A stretch of 64,000 nucleotides of DNA from an uncultured Chloroflexia bacterium (GTDB lineage Bacteria > Chloroflexota > Dehalococcoidia > GIF9 > UBA5629), in contig CAWAQY010000001.1 of assembly GCA_963784375.1 (NCBI GenBank), positions 140,486 to 204,485 on the forward strand. The letters are read 5' to 3'. Under the pieces are notes generated by a model. It searched no databases and was not told the DNA's origin. It saw only the letters and a list, made by a program, of their open reading frames with translations. The position numbers and the translations under genes were made by a program. Of the stretch, positions 9,692 through 20,112 are shown piece by piece (position 1 is the first letter of the stretch; each line of letters begins with the position of its first letter).

Positions 9692-10366
9692 ATGAAAGAA
9701 CGTTTGAGCCGTGAAGTAATGGCCATGAGAGCAGCCAAAGAGTTATTCGACGGCGCTGTAGTAAACCTTGGCATTGGTATACCAACTCTGGTATCCAGTT
9801 TTGTTCCCGAAGGGATTGAAGTAATTTACCAAAGCGAAAATGGCATGCTGGGTTTTGGTCCGGTGGTTACTGCGGACGAGTCCGCTCAGATGGCAGATAT
9901 CGACCTGGTGAATGCCGGCGGCCAATACGTTACTCCGCTTCCCGGCATGTGTTTCTTCCATCATGCAGACTCCTTCCTTATGATCAGGGGCGGGCGCGTC
10001 GATATCACCATGCTCGGTGTTATTGAGATTTCGGAAAAGGGCGATCTGGCTAACTGGATGTTCCCGGGGAGAGGCGTGGGTAATATTGGCGGGGGTATGG
10101 ACCTTGCTTTTAATGCAAACAAAGTCATTTGTCTTACCGAACATACGACCAAAGACGGCAAGGTTAAACTGGTGAAAAAGTGTACGGTACCGTTAACCGC
10201 TCCCGAATGTGTAGATCTGGTCATCACAGATATTGCTGTTATTGAAGTAACCAAAAAAGGGCTTGTTCTGAAAGAAGTTGCGCCTGATTGGACCGCTGAA
10301 GAAGTCCAGGCTCTCACCGAGCCAAAACTGATACTTTCTCCTGATTTAAAGATGTATGAGCTCTAA
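9692..10366 (+). CDS. 3-oxoacid CoA-transferase subunit B
   Basis: VVNLGIGIPT.V and the SENG motif (YQSENGMLG, catalytic Glu). Start chosen at ATG 9692, preceded by aaggagg. Confidence 0.85.
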   Translation: MKERLSREVMAMRAAKELFDGAVVNLGIGIPTLVSSFVPEGIEVIYQSENGMLGFGPVVTADESAQMADIDLVNAGGQYVTPLPGMCFFHHADSFLMIRGGRVDITMLGVIEISEKGDLANWMFPGRGVGNIGGGMDLAFNANKVICLTEHTTKDGKVKLVKKCTVPLTAPECVDLVITDIAVIEVTKKGLVLKEVAPDWTAEEVQALTEPKLILSPDLKMYEL

Positions 10367-10385
10367 ATAGGCTTATACTACAGAA

Positions 10386-10423
10386 TGAGCCATCCATTGA
10401 TATAGCGGATGGCTCATTTTTTT
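10386..10423 (+). terminator. Rho-independent terminator after the CoA-transferase genes
   Basis: tgagccatcc (10386-10395), 11-nt loop, ggatggctca (10407-10416), then T7 (10417-10423). Confidence 0.8.
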
Positions 10424-10439
10424 AGCTTCTGAAATATAT

Positions 10440-11651
10440 CTAGACTGTATGTATCCTGCCGCAATGGGGACATTTCACCGTTGTGTTTCTGAAACCCGGG
10501 GGAATTCTCAACCTGGTACCGCAATCGCAGTCTATGGTTTTATAGTCGTGAAGATTCCAGACGGCATTTGATGTCTCTCGCGTTCTCTCTATCTGCTGTT
10601 CAATATTTTCTTTTTCTGCAGCTTCCTGAGTAGCTGCACGAATTGGAACTGCGCCTAAAGCCGTTCCTTCATAAGGAGAAATTATTCCGCTGCGAGACTT
10701 ATGCTCCTGCTGATATGCCTTATCATAATCGCCATATGATGCACCGGCCATTGAACGTAAAATTCGTATTCTCTCCGAAATAGGCGGATGGGTGCTGGTG
10801 ATATCGCTCGCAGCCATACCTTGCTTTCGGAAAGGATTAATAGTATACATGGGGGCGGTTGCCTGCGAAGCAGTCTGCAACTGATAGGTCGATGCTCCCA
10901 GTTTTTCCAATGCGGACGCCAGACCTTCAGGGTATCTGGTATAGAGAGCCGAGCAAGCATCTGCAAGATATTCCCTTTTTCGGGAAACGGCAAAGTAGAT
11001 AAGCTGCGCAAAAATGGGCGCCAGTATCATCAAAACAATAGCCACAACGAGAATTATTAACTGCGCCGAACCACCACCTGATGATGAACTTCTTCTGGAC
11101 CTGCCCAAACCTCCATAAAACATGAAACGCGATGCGTACCACGAAAGTATGACGATAGTCCCAAGTAGCACACTGCACATGGCCATAAGTAACACATCAC
11201 GATTGTTAATATGGGCTAATTCATGGGCAATAACTCCCTGAAGTTCATCCCGATTAAGTTTTTGGAGGAGTCCCGACGTAACGGCTACTGAAGCAGTTTT
11301 GCTATCACGTCCTGTGGCAAATGCGTTCATAGCAGGATCATCAACAATATAAATATCAGGCATTTTCCCCAGGCCGGAAGCAATTTTCATTTCTTCCACG
11401 ATGTTATAAAGGCGGGGATGATCGTCGCGGCTGATCTTTTTTGCTTTCGAAATAGAAAGAAGTATGCTGTCGCCCTGATAATAGGCAACAAGATTAAGTA
11501 TTATCCATAGCACCAGAGCAATGACAAGACCAGATTCACCGCTATCCAGAAAATATAAACCGAGCAAATAACCGAGTGCGAGCAGTAGTATGCCCATGGA
11601 AAGAACAAGTAGTATCGATCTATTCCGGTTAGACTGGATCTGGTGCCACAT
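10440..11651 (-). CDS. M48-family (HtpX-like) zinc metalloprotease with a C-terminal zinc ribbon
   Basis: HELAHINNRD (HExxH), TM segments, C-terminal CDCG...CPHCG. Confidence 0.75.
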   Translation of the reverse strand: MWHQIQSNRNRSILLVLSMGILLLALGYLLGLYFLDSGESGLVIALVLWIILNLVAYYQGDSILLSISKAKKISRDDHPRLYNIVEEMKIASGLGKMPDIYIVDDPAMNAFATGRDSKTASVAVTSGLLQKLNRDELQGVIAHELAHINNRDVLLMAMCSVLLGTIVILSWYASRFMFYGGLGRSRRSSSSGGGSAQLIILVVAIVLMILAPIFAQLIYFAVSRKREYLADACSALYTRYPEGLASALEKLGASTYQLQTASQATAPMYTINPFRKQGMAASDITSTHPPISERIRILRSMAGASYGDYDKAYQQEHKSRSGIISPYEGTALGAVPIRAATQEAAEKENIEQQIERTRETSNAVWNLHDYKTIDCDCGTRLRIPPGFRNTTVKCPHCGRIHTV

Positions 11652-11669
11652 AGCTTAAAAGGCGTTCGG

Positions 11670-12236
11670 TTAAGACGTGAAATTAACCTTTGGTGCTTCG
11701 CGTTCGATGCCCGCAGGTACTTCGAAAAACTCGCCTGTTTTAAAACCCGTCATACTGGCAATGATATTAGAAGGAAACATCTGTGTTTTGTTGTTATAGT
11801 TCAACACCGAGTCATTGAAGAACTGACGGGAAAAACTTATTTTGTTCTCTGTCGAAGTCAATTCTTCCTGAAGTGCCAGAAAATTTTGATTTGCTTTTAA
11901 ATCCGGGTAGCTTTCAGCTACAGCGAGCAACCTGGAAAGAGCAGAACTCAGATCGCCTTCTAATTTTGACCTTTCTCCGGCACCTGCAGATGCGGCCTGC
12001 TGCGCAAGATTGCGCGCTTTGGTAACTGCCTCCAGCGTTTCACGTTCATGTTTTACATAGCCTTTTACCGTCTCAATCAGATTGGGGATAAGGTCATAAC
12101 GCCTTTTTAACTGAACATCTATTTGTGCCCAGGCATTCTTCATCTGGTTACGTAATTTGATCAGGTCATTATAAAAACCAATGAAGATAAACAGTAGAAT
12201 TACGACAATACCGATAATGATCCAGATTGCTATCAT
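11670..12236 (-). CDS. lemA: LemA family protein
   Basis: N-terminal TM followed by YN.L..L.......[16 protein letters not shown], typical of LemA. Classic pairing with an M48 peptidase. Confidence 0.85.
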   Translation of the reverse strand: MIAIWIIIGIVVILLFIFIGFYNDLIKLRNQMKNAWAQIDVQLKRRYDLIPNLIETVKGYVKHERETLEAVTKARNLAQQAASAGAGERSKLEGDLSSALSRLLAVAESYPDLKANQNFLALQEELTSTENKISFSRQFFNDSVLNYNNKTQMFPSNIIASMTGFKTGEFFEVPAGIEREAPKVNFTS

Positions 12237-12325
12237 TTATTCCTCCTCAATCTTGTAGTCCTTAACTAATAATATTATTCTTTGGTTTAGATATGCAATT
12301 GAATTTCAAAACAGGATATTCTGCA

Positions 12326-12739
12326 TTATTCTTGTGATTTAAATACCTGTTCCATAAATCCAATAATTTGTTTCTGGGAATCGTCATCTGTATGCGCCTT
12401 AACACAAACTTGTTTTACCAGAGTGTTAATCTCTCCACCATCAAACCACAATCCGTCGCCCACGGGACAAACATCCAGGACTAGTGTTGGACAATCTTGC
12501 ACATTTGATTTTATCATCTTACGGTTGCAGATTGGGCATTTGCGTCGTTTTTCGGATGACTCAATTTCGGGGAAATTTCCGAAATTAAAGGATTCCATAT
12601 CCTCACCGATCGAACGTTCAAGAAAAAGATTTAGCTCCCCTTCGTCAAACCATACGCCCTGACAATTCGCGCAATAGTCGAGCTCAACTTTTTTATACTC
12701 GACCACAATCATATCATGTCTGCAGGCAGGACATATCAT
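12326..12739 (-). CDS. Double zf-TFIIB-type zinc-ribbon protein
   Basis: Two copies of CP.C...M......V.LD.C..C.G.WFD.GE. Confidence 0.6.
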   Translation of the reverse strand: MICPACRHDMIVVEYKKVELDYCANCQGVWFDEGELNLFLERSIGEDMESFNFGNFPEIESSEKRRKCPICNRKMIKSNVQDCPTLVLDVCPVGDGLWFDGGEINTLVKQVCVKAHTDDDSQKQIIGFMEQVFKSQE

Positions 12740-12883
12740 AAATAGTAAGTGTAATTTTAATGAGGAATTATGTCAACAACAACAGAGCTAAACCGGTGAA
12801 TACGTTTATACTCCTGGTCGATGAAAATAATGCCTGTACGTTGAAAGAAGGTTTAAGATTTTAATTGCACGAACGTGAATGAG

Positions 12884-13123
12884 TTAATCAATATCGTCTT
12901 GCGAAACTATTCGTTCCACAAAGCGAATTAAGTTATCTAAATTTGATGCGGCCAGAGAAAGGCCGAGTTGTTTTAACTCAATGTAGCCCAAACCTCTGAA
13001 TAAACGCTGACCTGCTACATTTGCCATCTCATCGTAAAGCGCCGGCCAATTTTTCCCCCGACGTTCAACGCAAAAGAGAACAAATTCTTTAAGTTGCGGG
13101 TCAAGACGATTCATGACTTTCAT
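12884..13123 (-). CDS. Hypothetical small protein (79 aa)
   Basis: ORF only; no clear RBS and no recognisable motif. Confidence 0.3.
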   Translation of the reverse strand: MKVMNRLDPQLKEFVLFCVERRGKNWPALYDEMANVAGQRLFRGLGYIELKQLGLSLAASNLDNLIRFVERIVSQDDID

Positions 13124-13177
13124 GAATTGTTAACGTCTGGAGTCAACAAAAAGTTTAGGCAAAAATCAGCAATTTAT

Positions 13178-13226
13178 AAAAAAATAACCACCCGCCTCTG
13201 CACTTTTGCAGAGGACAGATGGTTAT
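13178..13226 (-). terminator. Rho-independent terminator downstream of the 98-aa zinc-ribbon gene
   Basis: cctctgca-cttt-tgcagagg (13195-13214), extended by ataacca/tggttat. On the minus strand a T7 run follows (A7 at 13178-13184). Confidence 0.7.
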
Positions 13227-13254
13227 TTAAATAAATAGTTTTGTTGTTAATAAA

Positions 13255-13551
13255 TCAGGTTATTTTGGCGCTCGTGGATTTATTAAAGCAGTCGCTGCAA
13301 TAGACCGGTCTGCCGTCGCGTGGCTCAAACGGAACTTCGGTTTCTTTGCCACATTGAGCACAGGTTGCCGGGAACATTTCCCGCGATCTTCCGCCCGTAT
13401 TTCTCTGTGACTTTCTTGTCTGCCGGCATGGCTGACAACGTTTCGGCTCGTTAGTGAAGCCCTTGGTTGAAAAGAACTCTTGTTCCTGTGCGGTAAACGT
13501 AAACGTAGCTCCGCAATCAGCGCATTGAAGTGATTTGTCTTGGAAACCCAA
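13255..13551 (-). CDS. CxxC zinc-ribbon protein (two CxxC...CxxC units)
   Basis: CADCG...CQPC and CAQCG...CSDC. TTG start 7 nt after GGAGG. Confidence 0.65.
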   Translation of the reverse strand: MGFQDKSLQCADCGATFTFTAQEQEFFSTKGFTNEPKRCQPCRQTRKSQRNTGGRSREMFPATCAQCGKETEVPFEPRDGRPVYCSDCFNKSTSAKIT

Positions 13552-13821
13552 TGGATGACCTCCTAAAAATATTTTTGGTTCTGAGTTGCGGTCATCCAGG
13601 ACTTGAGTGAGTTTACAACTACCTGACTAAGTTTGTGATAACCTGAACCGAAACCAAACATATAAAATATACACCAAAGATTTAGTGTTTGCAATAGCTT
13701 CGCTGGAAAAAATTAATGTTATTTACTGAATAATTCCTTGCAGACTGTAAGTAATATCTTGTTATACAAGGTATATAATTGATATACTTAGCGAATTATT
13801 TTTTAAAATCTGGTAATACCC

Positions 13822-14074
13822 ATGACGCCGAAAATACATGTAGATAAACACAGATGCAAAGGTTGCGGTTATTGTGTTGAGTTGTGTCCCGATGAAGACT
13901 TTAAGCATGAGCAAAGAGATCGGACCGAAAGGTTATCACCTGGCAAAAGCCGATGATGAGAGTGAGTGCCTGGAGTGCGGATTGTGCGAGTCGATTTGCC
14001 CCGATTTTGCTTTAACAGTCACTTCCAATAATGAAGATTCGAACTCCACGAATGCGGTAGAAACTCAAAAATAA
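13822..14074 (+). CDS. 2-oxoacid:ferredoxin oxidoreductase delta subunit (2x[4Fe-4S] ferredoxin), frame broken near 13885
   Basis: The first cluster motif CKGCGYCVELCP is read from ATG 13822. The second, CLECGLCESICP, lies in the listed ORF frame. One indel joins them. Confidence 0.75.
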
Positions 14075-14096
14075 AAACGCAGGTCTGTTCTAAAAT

Positions 14097-15252
14097 ATGT
14101 CAGAAAATGCCTTTAACCTGGTACCTATTTTATAAATGGTGACGAAGCCTGCGCTGAAGGAGCTCTGAACGCAGGTTGTCGCTTTTTTGCTGGTTATCCG
14201 ATTACCCCGGCCACCGATATCGCCGAGAGGATGGCATTCCGCCTCCCGCAAGTAGGCGGAGTCTATATTCAGATGGAGGATGAGATCGCCTCTATGAATG
14301 CCATCCTGGGGGCTTCATGGGCAGGAGTAAAGTCTATGACGGCAACTTCCGGCCCCGGTTTCAGCCTCATGATGGAAAACTTGGGTCTTGGGCATTATGC
14401 TGGAGACCCCTTGTGTTCTGGCCAACGTCCAACGGGCTGGCCCATCCACCGGGCTCCCAACCATGGTTGGACAGGGAGATATAATGCAAGCACGATGGGG
14501 CTCTCATGGTTGTTACGAAATAATTGCTCTATCCCCGAATTCGCCACAGGAGATGTTCGACCTTACGATAGAAGCTTTTAATCTTTCCGAAAAGTATCGA
14601 GTTCCAGTACTTCTAATGTCCGACGAAGTCGTCGGACATATGAGCGAAAAGGTGGTTATCACGTCCCCAAATCCAGAATCGCTCATCACACCGGAAAAAA
14701 CCAACGGTCCATCCGGACGAATACCTGCCTTATAAGGCAGATTCCAGCCTGGTTCCTCCCATGGCAATCGCAGGAGAAGGATATCATTTCCACACCACGG
14801 GATTAACTCATGATGAAAGGGGTTACCCTTCAACATCAGTAGAGGTACAGGACCGGTTAGTAAGGCGCTTAGTAGACAAAATACGCCAGAATAAAAAGGA
14901 CATAATCAAGTACCAGGAAATTCAAATTGAAGATGCTGACGTAATCATCTGCGCTTACGGAATCACATCCCGGATCGCCCGGATGGTTGTCAGCATGGCA
15001 CGAGACCAGGGAATTCGAGCAGGACTAATCCGACCGATAACAATCTGGCCATTCCCCGAAGAACGCATCAGAGAACTGGCGTCTCAAGCAAAACTATTCG
15101 TTGTTCCGGAGATAAACTACGGCCAGATCGTATTTGAAGTAGAAAGATGCGCTGCCGGTAAAGCCAGAACGATTCTCGTACCTCATATGGGAGGCAGTGT
15201 GCACACTCCACAATCAATTCTGGAAAAAATAAAGGAAGCATTATCAGGATGA
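14097..15252 (+). CDS. 2-oxoacid:ferredoxin oxidoreductase alpha subunit, at least 3 frame breaks
   Basis: NGDEACAEGALNAGCRFFAGYPITPATDI, MEDEIASMNAILGASWAGVKSMTATSGPGFSLM, VQRAGPSTGLPT and the C-terminal domain are spread over three frames. One break sits at the A6 run 14695-14700. Confidence 0.8.
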
Positions 15253-16110
15253 GTAATCCCAAGTTACAAATGAAGTCGAGCGAAAAACTGTTAAGAACTG
15301 ACAGGTTACCGCACATCTGGTGTCCCGGCTGTGGAATCGGTTCAGCGTTAAGTTGTTTTATCAGAGCTATCAACGAATATTCAGATAAACCTGGACAAGC
15401 TGATAGTAGTATCGGGTATAGGATGTACGGGAAGAGTAGCCGGCTATTTAAAACTGGATTCATTCCACACTACGCACGGACGTGGAATTCCTTTTGCTAC
15501 AGGGTTGAAATTAGCAAACCCGGAATTGAAACTGGTAGTGTTTTCAGGGGATGGTGACCTTGCTGCTATAGGTGGGAATCATCTGATTCATGCCGCCCGC
15601 CGAAATATCGATATGACCGTAATCTGCGTCAATAATTTCATTTACGGGATGACCGGTGGACAAGTTGGCCCAACCTCACCATTAAATGTCCGTACCACTA
15701 CGACCCCATACGGAAATTTCGAACCGCCATTTAATTTGCCTTATCTAATGGCTGCCAGCGGGGCAAGCTATATAGCCAGATGGACGATAATTCATCTGAC
15801 TCAGTTGGAGAGTGCAATTAGTGAAGCTATGACCAGACCCGGTTTTAATTTTATAGAGGTTATCAGCCCATGCCCGACATTATTCGGACGTTTGAATAAG
15901 AAATCTGGAGGGGTTGAGTTCCTGCGTTACTACCAACAAGGAAGCGTAATCCGAAATGGAGCCGATCCCAAGGAAGCCGACATAGAATTTAATGGACCTA
16001 TCATTGTCGGCAAATTTGTTGACAAGAAGCGACCAACACTCGGGGAAAACCTGAGTCAGATGCAACTAAAAGCGAAAGAAATAAAGGAAAGGACTACTAA
16101 TCAGATTTAG
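15249..16110 (+). CDS. 2-oxoacid:ferredoxin oxidoreductase beta subunit (TPP-binding), frame break near 15385-15395
   Basis: WCPGCG, SGIGC (shifted frame), GDGD...NN.IYGMTGGQ. 4-nt overlap with alpha. Confidence 0.8.
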
Positions 16111-16130
16111 TCCGTAGAAATATTTCACAA

Positions 16131-16685
16131 ATGAGCAGAAAAGAAATTAGAATAGCTGGTTTTGGCGGGCAGGGAATCGTCCTTTCCGGTTCCATTATAG
16201 GCAAAGCAGCATCAATATATGATAGTGGTTTCGCTGCAATGACTCAAAGCTACGGTCCCGAATCGCGCGGCGGTTCCTGCCGAGCCGAAGTAGTTGTAAG
16301 CGATAAACCTATAGAATACCCTTATCTGGTAAAGCCCGACATACAAATAGCTTTATCACAGGAAGCTTATAATGAATTTGGAAAGAATGCTCCAAAGGAA
16401 ACTCTTCTGATAATCGATTCCGACCTGGTTAAAGTTGCTCCATCTCAGGAGGTAAAACCACTTTCTATACATGCTGATAAGATGGCGCAGGACCTGGGAC
16501 GGCCTGTGGTGGCTAACATTATCATAATGGGATTTCTGGCTGCATCAAGTGATATTGTCTCGGTAGATGCCCTTAAGAAAGCAGTGTTAGATTCAGTGCC
16601 GCCTGGAACCGAGGAATTAAATATCAAAGCTTTTGAAATGGGTTACAATTACGGCATAGAGCATAGTGCCGAAAAGAAAAATTAA
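16131..16685 (+). CDS. 2-oxoacid:ferredoxin oxidoreductase gamma subunit
   Basis: IRIAGFGGQGIVLSG...YGPESRGG, typical of the gamma subunit. 184 aa. Confidence 0.85.
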   Translation: MSRKEIRIAGFGGQGIVLSGSIIGKAASIYDSGFAAMTQSYGPESRGGSCRAEVVVSDKPIEYPYLVKPDIQIALSQEAYNEFGKNAPKETLLIIDSDLVKVAPSQEVKPLSIHADKMAQDLGRPVVANIIIMGFLAASSDIVSVDALKKAVLDSVPPGTEELNIKAFEMGYNYGIEHSAEKKN

Positions 16686-16863
16686 AATATTCAGTATCTT
16701 TATTGATAGTCCACAAATGTTCCGCTCACTATATATTTTTGTTCCCCGGAGTCATACAGTTTATGACAGGGTGCTTTTCCTGAAACCTTTTATTATTAAC
16801 CCCACTTCAAATACCTGATTATCAAATATATGGTAATTTCAAACAAATTTAGCAATAAATACT

Positions 16864-18152
16864 ATGCAAAATAAGATCGTTTCGCTATTGATTGCCGCTA
16901 TGGTAAGTTTATCCCTTGTGGCAACAATGCTGAATGGTTGCAGTAACGATGCTTCAAAATTAGAACCAATAAAAATCGGGGCTGTAGGCCCCATGAATTA
17001 TGATTCGGGTAAGCTCATTTTTGATGGATGCCTCATTGCGGCTGAGGAAATCAATGGGGAGGGCGGGGCAAACCTGGGAGGAAGAAAACGCCCACTAGAA
17101 ATTATAAAAATAGACACCAATGAGATGATGAGTGTAACTGACGCGGTGGCAGCGATCGAAAAAGCTATAGTCGTTGAAAAAGTAAATTGCCTTATCGGCA
17201 GCAATAAATTGGAATCAGCACTTGAAGAGCAGGATAAAGCTATGGACTACTCTACAATTTTTATCTCCACCGGTAATAATGGTGCGGAACAAAGCGTAAG
17301 GGTTAAAAGGGATTATAAGAGATACAAATACTGGTTTAGAACATATATCAATGAAGTGGATAATGCTTATTATTTAAACCTTCAAGCAGCATTTATAGCC
17401 GATATTCTTGGAAGGGAACTTGGTATCCGGGAACCTAAAGTTGCGATTGTGGCAGATAAAGGTTCTTCAGGTGACCAATGTGTAAACCTCTGGCAGAAGT
17501 CGCTACCCCAATCAGGAATGGCAATCGTAAATATTTTTCGTCCTTCAGCCACTTCGACCGATTTCAATTCAGTAATTGGAAGTTTAAAGGAAAATGGTGT
17601 GCAAATTGTAATACAAATGCTGACCGGGCCTGCGGGCACTGCTTTTGCCAGGGAGTGGGGTAAATCCCAGGTACCATGTGTATTGCTTGGCTTAAACGTC
17701 CCGGCTCAATCAAAATCAATAGTCGAAGCAACTGAAGGTAAAATGGAGTTTATGGCTACTGGGACATTAATTCCCAACGCTGCAATAACTGCAAAAACAT
17801 TACCTTTTTTCAGCAAGTTCACTGAAAAATACAAGGAATATCCTGGTTATGGAAGCACAAGCTATGATGCGGTCTGGATTTATAAAAATGCAATTGAAAA
17901 ATCGGTTCACTCGATTCAGAAACCCGTGTTACTGCATTGGAAAGCACAGATTTTGCGGGAGCTACTAATCGCATAGTTTTTGGAGATATAAATACACCTT
18001 TCCCCCATGACGTGCTTACGACTCAAACCAAAGGATACGCAATAGTTCCATTGGTCCAATGGATCAAAGGAGAACAATTATGTGTCTGGCCGCCTGACTT
18101 AAAAGGTAGCCAGAAATTTCAAATCCCCCCGTGGATGACTGTAACCAAATGA
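16864..18152 (+). CDS. ABC-transporter substrate-binding lipoprotein (type I PBP, Liv-like), frame break at the A5 run 17897-17901
   Basis: Signal peptide plus LNGC lipobox; IKIGAVGPM start typical of LivJ-like PBPs. The C-terminus continues in a second frame (GSLDSETRVTALESTDFAGATNRIVF). No permease or ATPase genes nearby. Confidence 0.65.
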
Positions 18153-18358
18153 CGTATAACTCAATATTGATCAATAATCTTTATCTATTTTCTTTATCAG
18201 CAATTGTTTCCTGTTTCACAATCACTTTAGTAAATAGATCGTGTTTTCTTTTTTCGGAGAAAAGTACTATAGTTGATGTCATTACATAAGAATACTCTGT
18301 ATATATTGACTTCTCTCTTCAAGACATGTATTCTTGCCATCAACCGGAATAAGGTAAG

Positions 18359-19861
18359 GTGAATAATTTGAAAATATTGTTAGTCTATCCCCAATATCCA
18401 GATACTTTCTGGAGTTTTAAACATGCCCTGAAGTTCATCTCTAAGAAAGCAGCTTTCCCACCTCTGGGACTGCTCACTGTGGCCGCCATGCTTCCCAAGG
18501 AATGGGATAAAAAATTAGTCGACCTGAATGTATCCACACTTAACGATAAGGATATCAAATGGGCTGATTATGTTTTTATCAGCGCTATGGCTGTTCAAAA
18601 GGAATCAGCTAAAAAGGTAATCAGCAGGTGCAAGAAACTGGAGGCCAAAACCGTTGTTGGCGGACCACTATTTACCGCCGAACGTGAAGAATTCCAGGAA
18701 GCAGACCATTTAGTACTTAACGAAGCAGAGCTCACACTTGCTCCTTTCCTGGAGGACTTAAAAAACAACTGTGCCAAACATGTGTATACTTCAGACATAT
18801 TCCCTGAGATAAATGATACTCCGATACCAGCCTGGGAGCTTATCAATCCCAGGAAATATTCCTCTTTGAGCCTGCAGTACTCACGAGGTTGTCCTTTTGA
18901 CTGCGAGTTTTGCGACATCGTAGTTCTCAACGGACACAGGCCCAGGACCAAAGATAAAGCTAATGTAATCAAAGAGCTCGATGCAATCTACAATAAAGGC
19001 TGGAGAAACAGCGTCTTTATCGTCGATGATAATTTTATCGGGAATAAGAAAAAACTAAAATCTGAAACCCTTCCTGCAATAATCGAATGGATGGAACAAA
19101 AAAAATATCCATTCCCATTTGTCACGGAAGCATCAATAAACCTGGTTGATGATGAAGAGCTTGTAGCATTAATGGTTAAGGCCAATTTTGACACGGTCTT
19201 CATAGGTATCGAAACACCAGATGAAGGAAGCCTTGCAGAATGCGGCAAATCTCAGAACGAAAATCGCGATATGGTGGCCGCCGTTAAGAAGCTTCAGAAC
19301 CTCGGTTTACATATATATGGTGGATTTATTGTTGGTTTTGATAATGATCCGGTTTCGATATTTGAAAATCAGATCAATTTCATACAGAAAAGTGGTATCG
19401 TCACCGCTATGGTCGGATTGCTAAATGCACCCAATGGTACCAAACTCTATAAGAGGCTTCAGAAAGAGAACAGGCTTGTGAAGAGTTTCTCGGGTAATAA
19501 CACTGATTTTTCTATGAACTTCATCCCCAAGATGAATTACGAAACATTGATAAACGGTTATAAAAATATTGTCCAGACCATCTATTCTCCAAAAAAGTAT
19601 CACGAGCGGGTTAAAAATTTCCTCAGAGAATATAAACCCCGGGCAGGTAAAGTACCCAATTTCCCCATAGAGTATATTCAAGCCTTTGCACAGGCGACCT
19701 GGATATTGGGTATAAAAGAAAAGGGAAGGCAATACTACTGGAAATTGTTAGCATGGACACTGTTTAAACATCCGCGTTCGCTGGTAATGTCAGTAACGTT
19801 AGCGATATACGGCTTTCATTTTCGAAAAGTAGCCGAGGGCTATGGTAAGAGCTCTCTATAG
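18359..19861 (+). CDS. B12-binding-domain radical SAM protein (class B, DUF4070-type C-terminus)
   Basis: N-terminal cobalamin-binding-like domain (ILLVYP...PPLGLL...), radical SAM CPFDCEFC (CxxxCxxC). 500 aa, GTG start after aaggtaagg. Confidence 0.8.
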   Translation: MNNLKILLVYPQYPDTFWSFKHALKFISKKAAFPPLGLLTVAAMLPKEWDKKLVDLNVSTLNDKDIKWADYVFISAMAVQKESAKKVISRCKKLEAKTVVGGPLFTAEREEFQEADHLVLNEAELTLAPFLEDLKNNCAKHVYTSDIFPEINDTPIPAWELINPRKYSSLSLQYSRGCPFDCEFCDIVVLNGHRPRTKDKANVIKELDAIYNKGWRNSVFIVDDNFIGNKKKLKSETLPAIIEWMEQKKYPFPFVTEASINLVDDEELVALMVKANFDTVFIGIETPDEGSLAECGKSQNENRDMVAAVKKLQNLGLHIYGGFIVGFDNDPVSIFENQINFIQKSGIVTAMVGLLNAPNGTKLYKRLQKENRLVKSFSGNNTDFSMNFIPKMNYETLINGYKNIVQTIYSPKKYHERVKNFLREYKPRAGKVPNFPIEYIQAFAQATWILGIKEKGRQYYWKLLAWTLFKHPRSLVMSVTLAIYGFHFRKVAEGYGKSSL

Positions 19862-19955
19862 CGGGTATAAAAAACCTATTACAGTAATTTAGACCAAAGG
19901 TTCCGCGTAATTAATTAGGACCTCACATTAACCACTGCCCTTTTTCAGCTTAATT

Positions 19956-20002
19956 TTGTCCGGACAATTACTCCCAACTAATGCTCTTAGTTGGTATTGT
20001 CC
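19956..20002. promoter_or_regulatory. Palindromes upstream of plsX (candidate operator)
   Basis: Perfect TTGTCCGGACAA at 19956-19967; ccaactaa-tgctc-ttagttgg at 19974-19994; another TTGTCC half-site at 19997-20002. Confidence 0.35.
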
Positions 20003-20050
20003 AAATTTTGGCGGTTAACATAAAACATTAATGATATGCTTTAAATAGTT

Positions 20051-20078
20051 TTGTAGTTAACAAACAGTGGGTTATAAT
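20051..20078 (+). promoter_or_regulatory. Sigma70-like promoter of plsX
   Basis: TTGTAG 20051-20056, 16-nt spacer, TATAAT 20073-20078. Confidence 0.55.
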
Positions 20079-20112
20079 CAAATATATCATTGAAGGCAAG
20101 GATTGTTAACGT

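Noticed and set aside
13874-14074. Track ORF start (MLSCVPMK...) for the ferredoxin-like delta subunit
   Set aside because: The first CxxCxxCxxxCP motif is encoded upstream, from ATG 13822, in another frame. The listed start is an artefact of a frame break.
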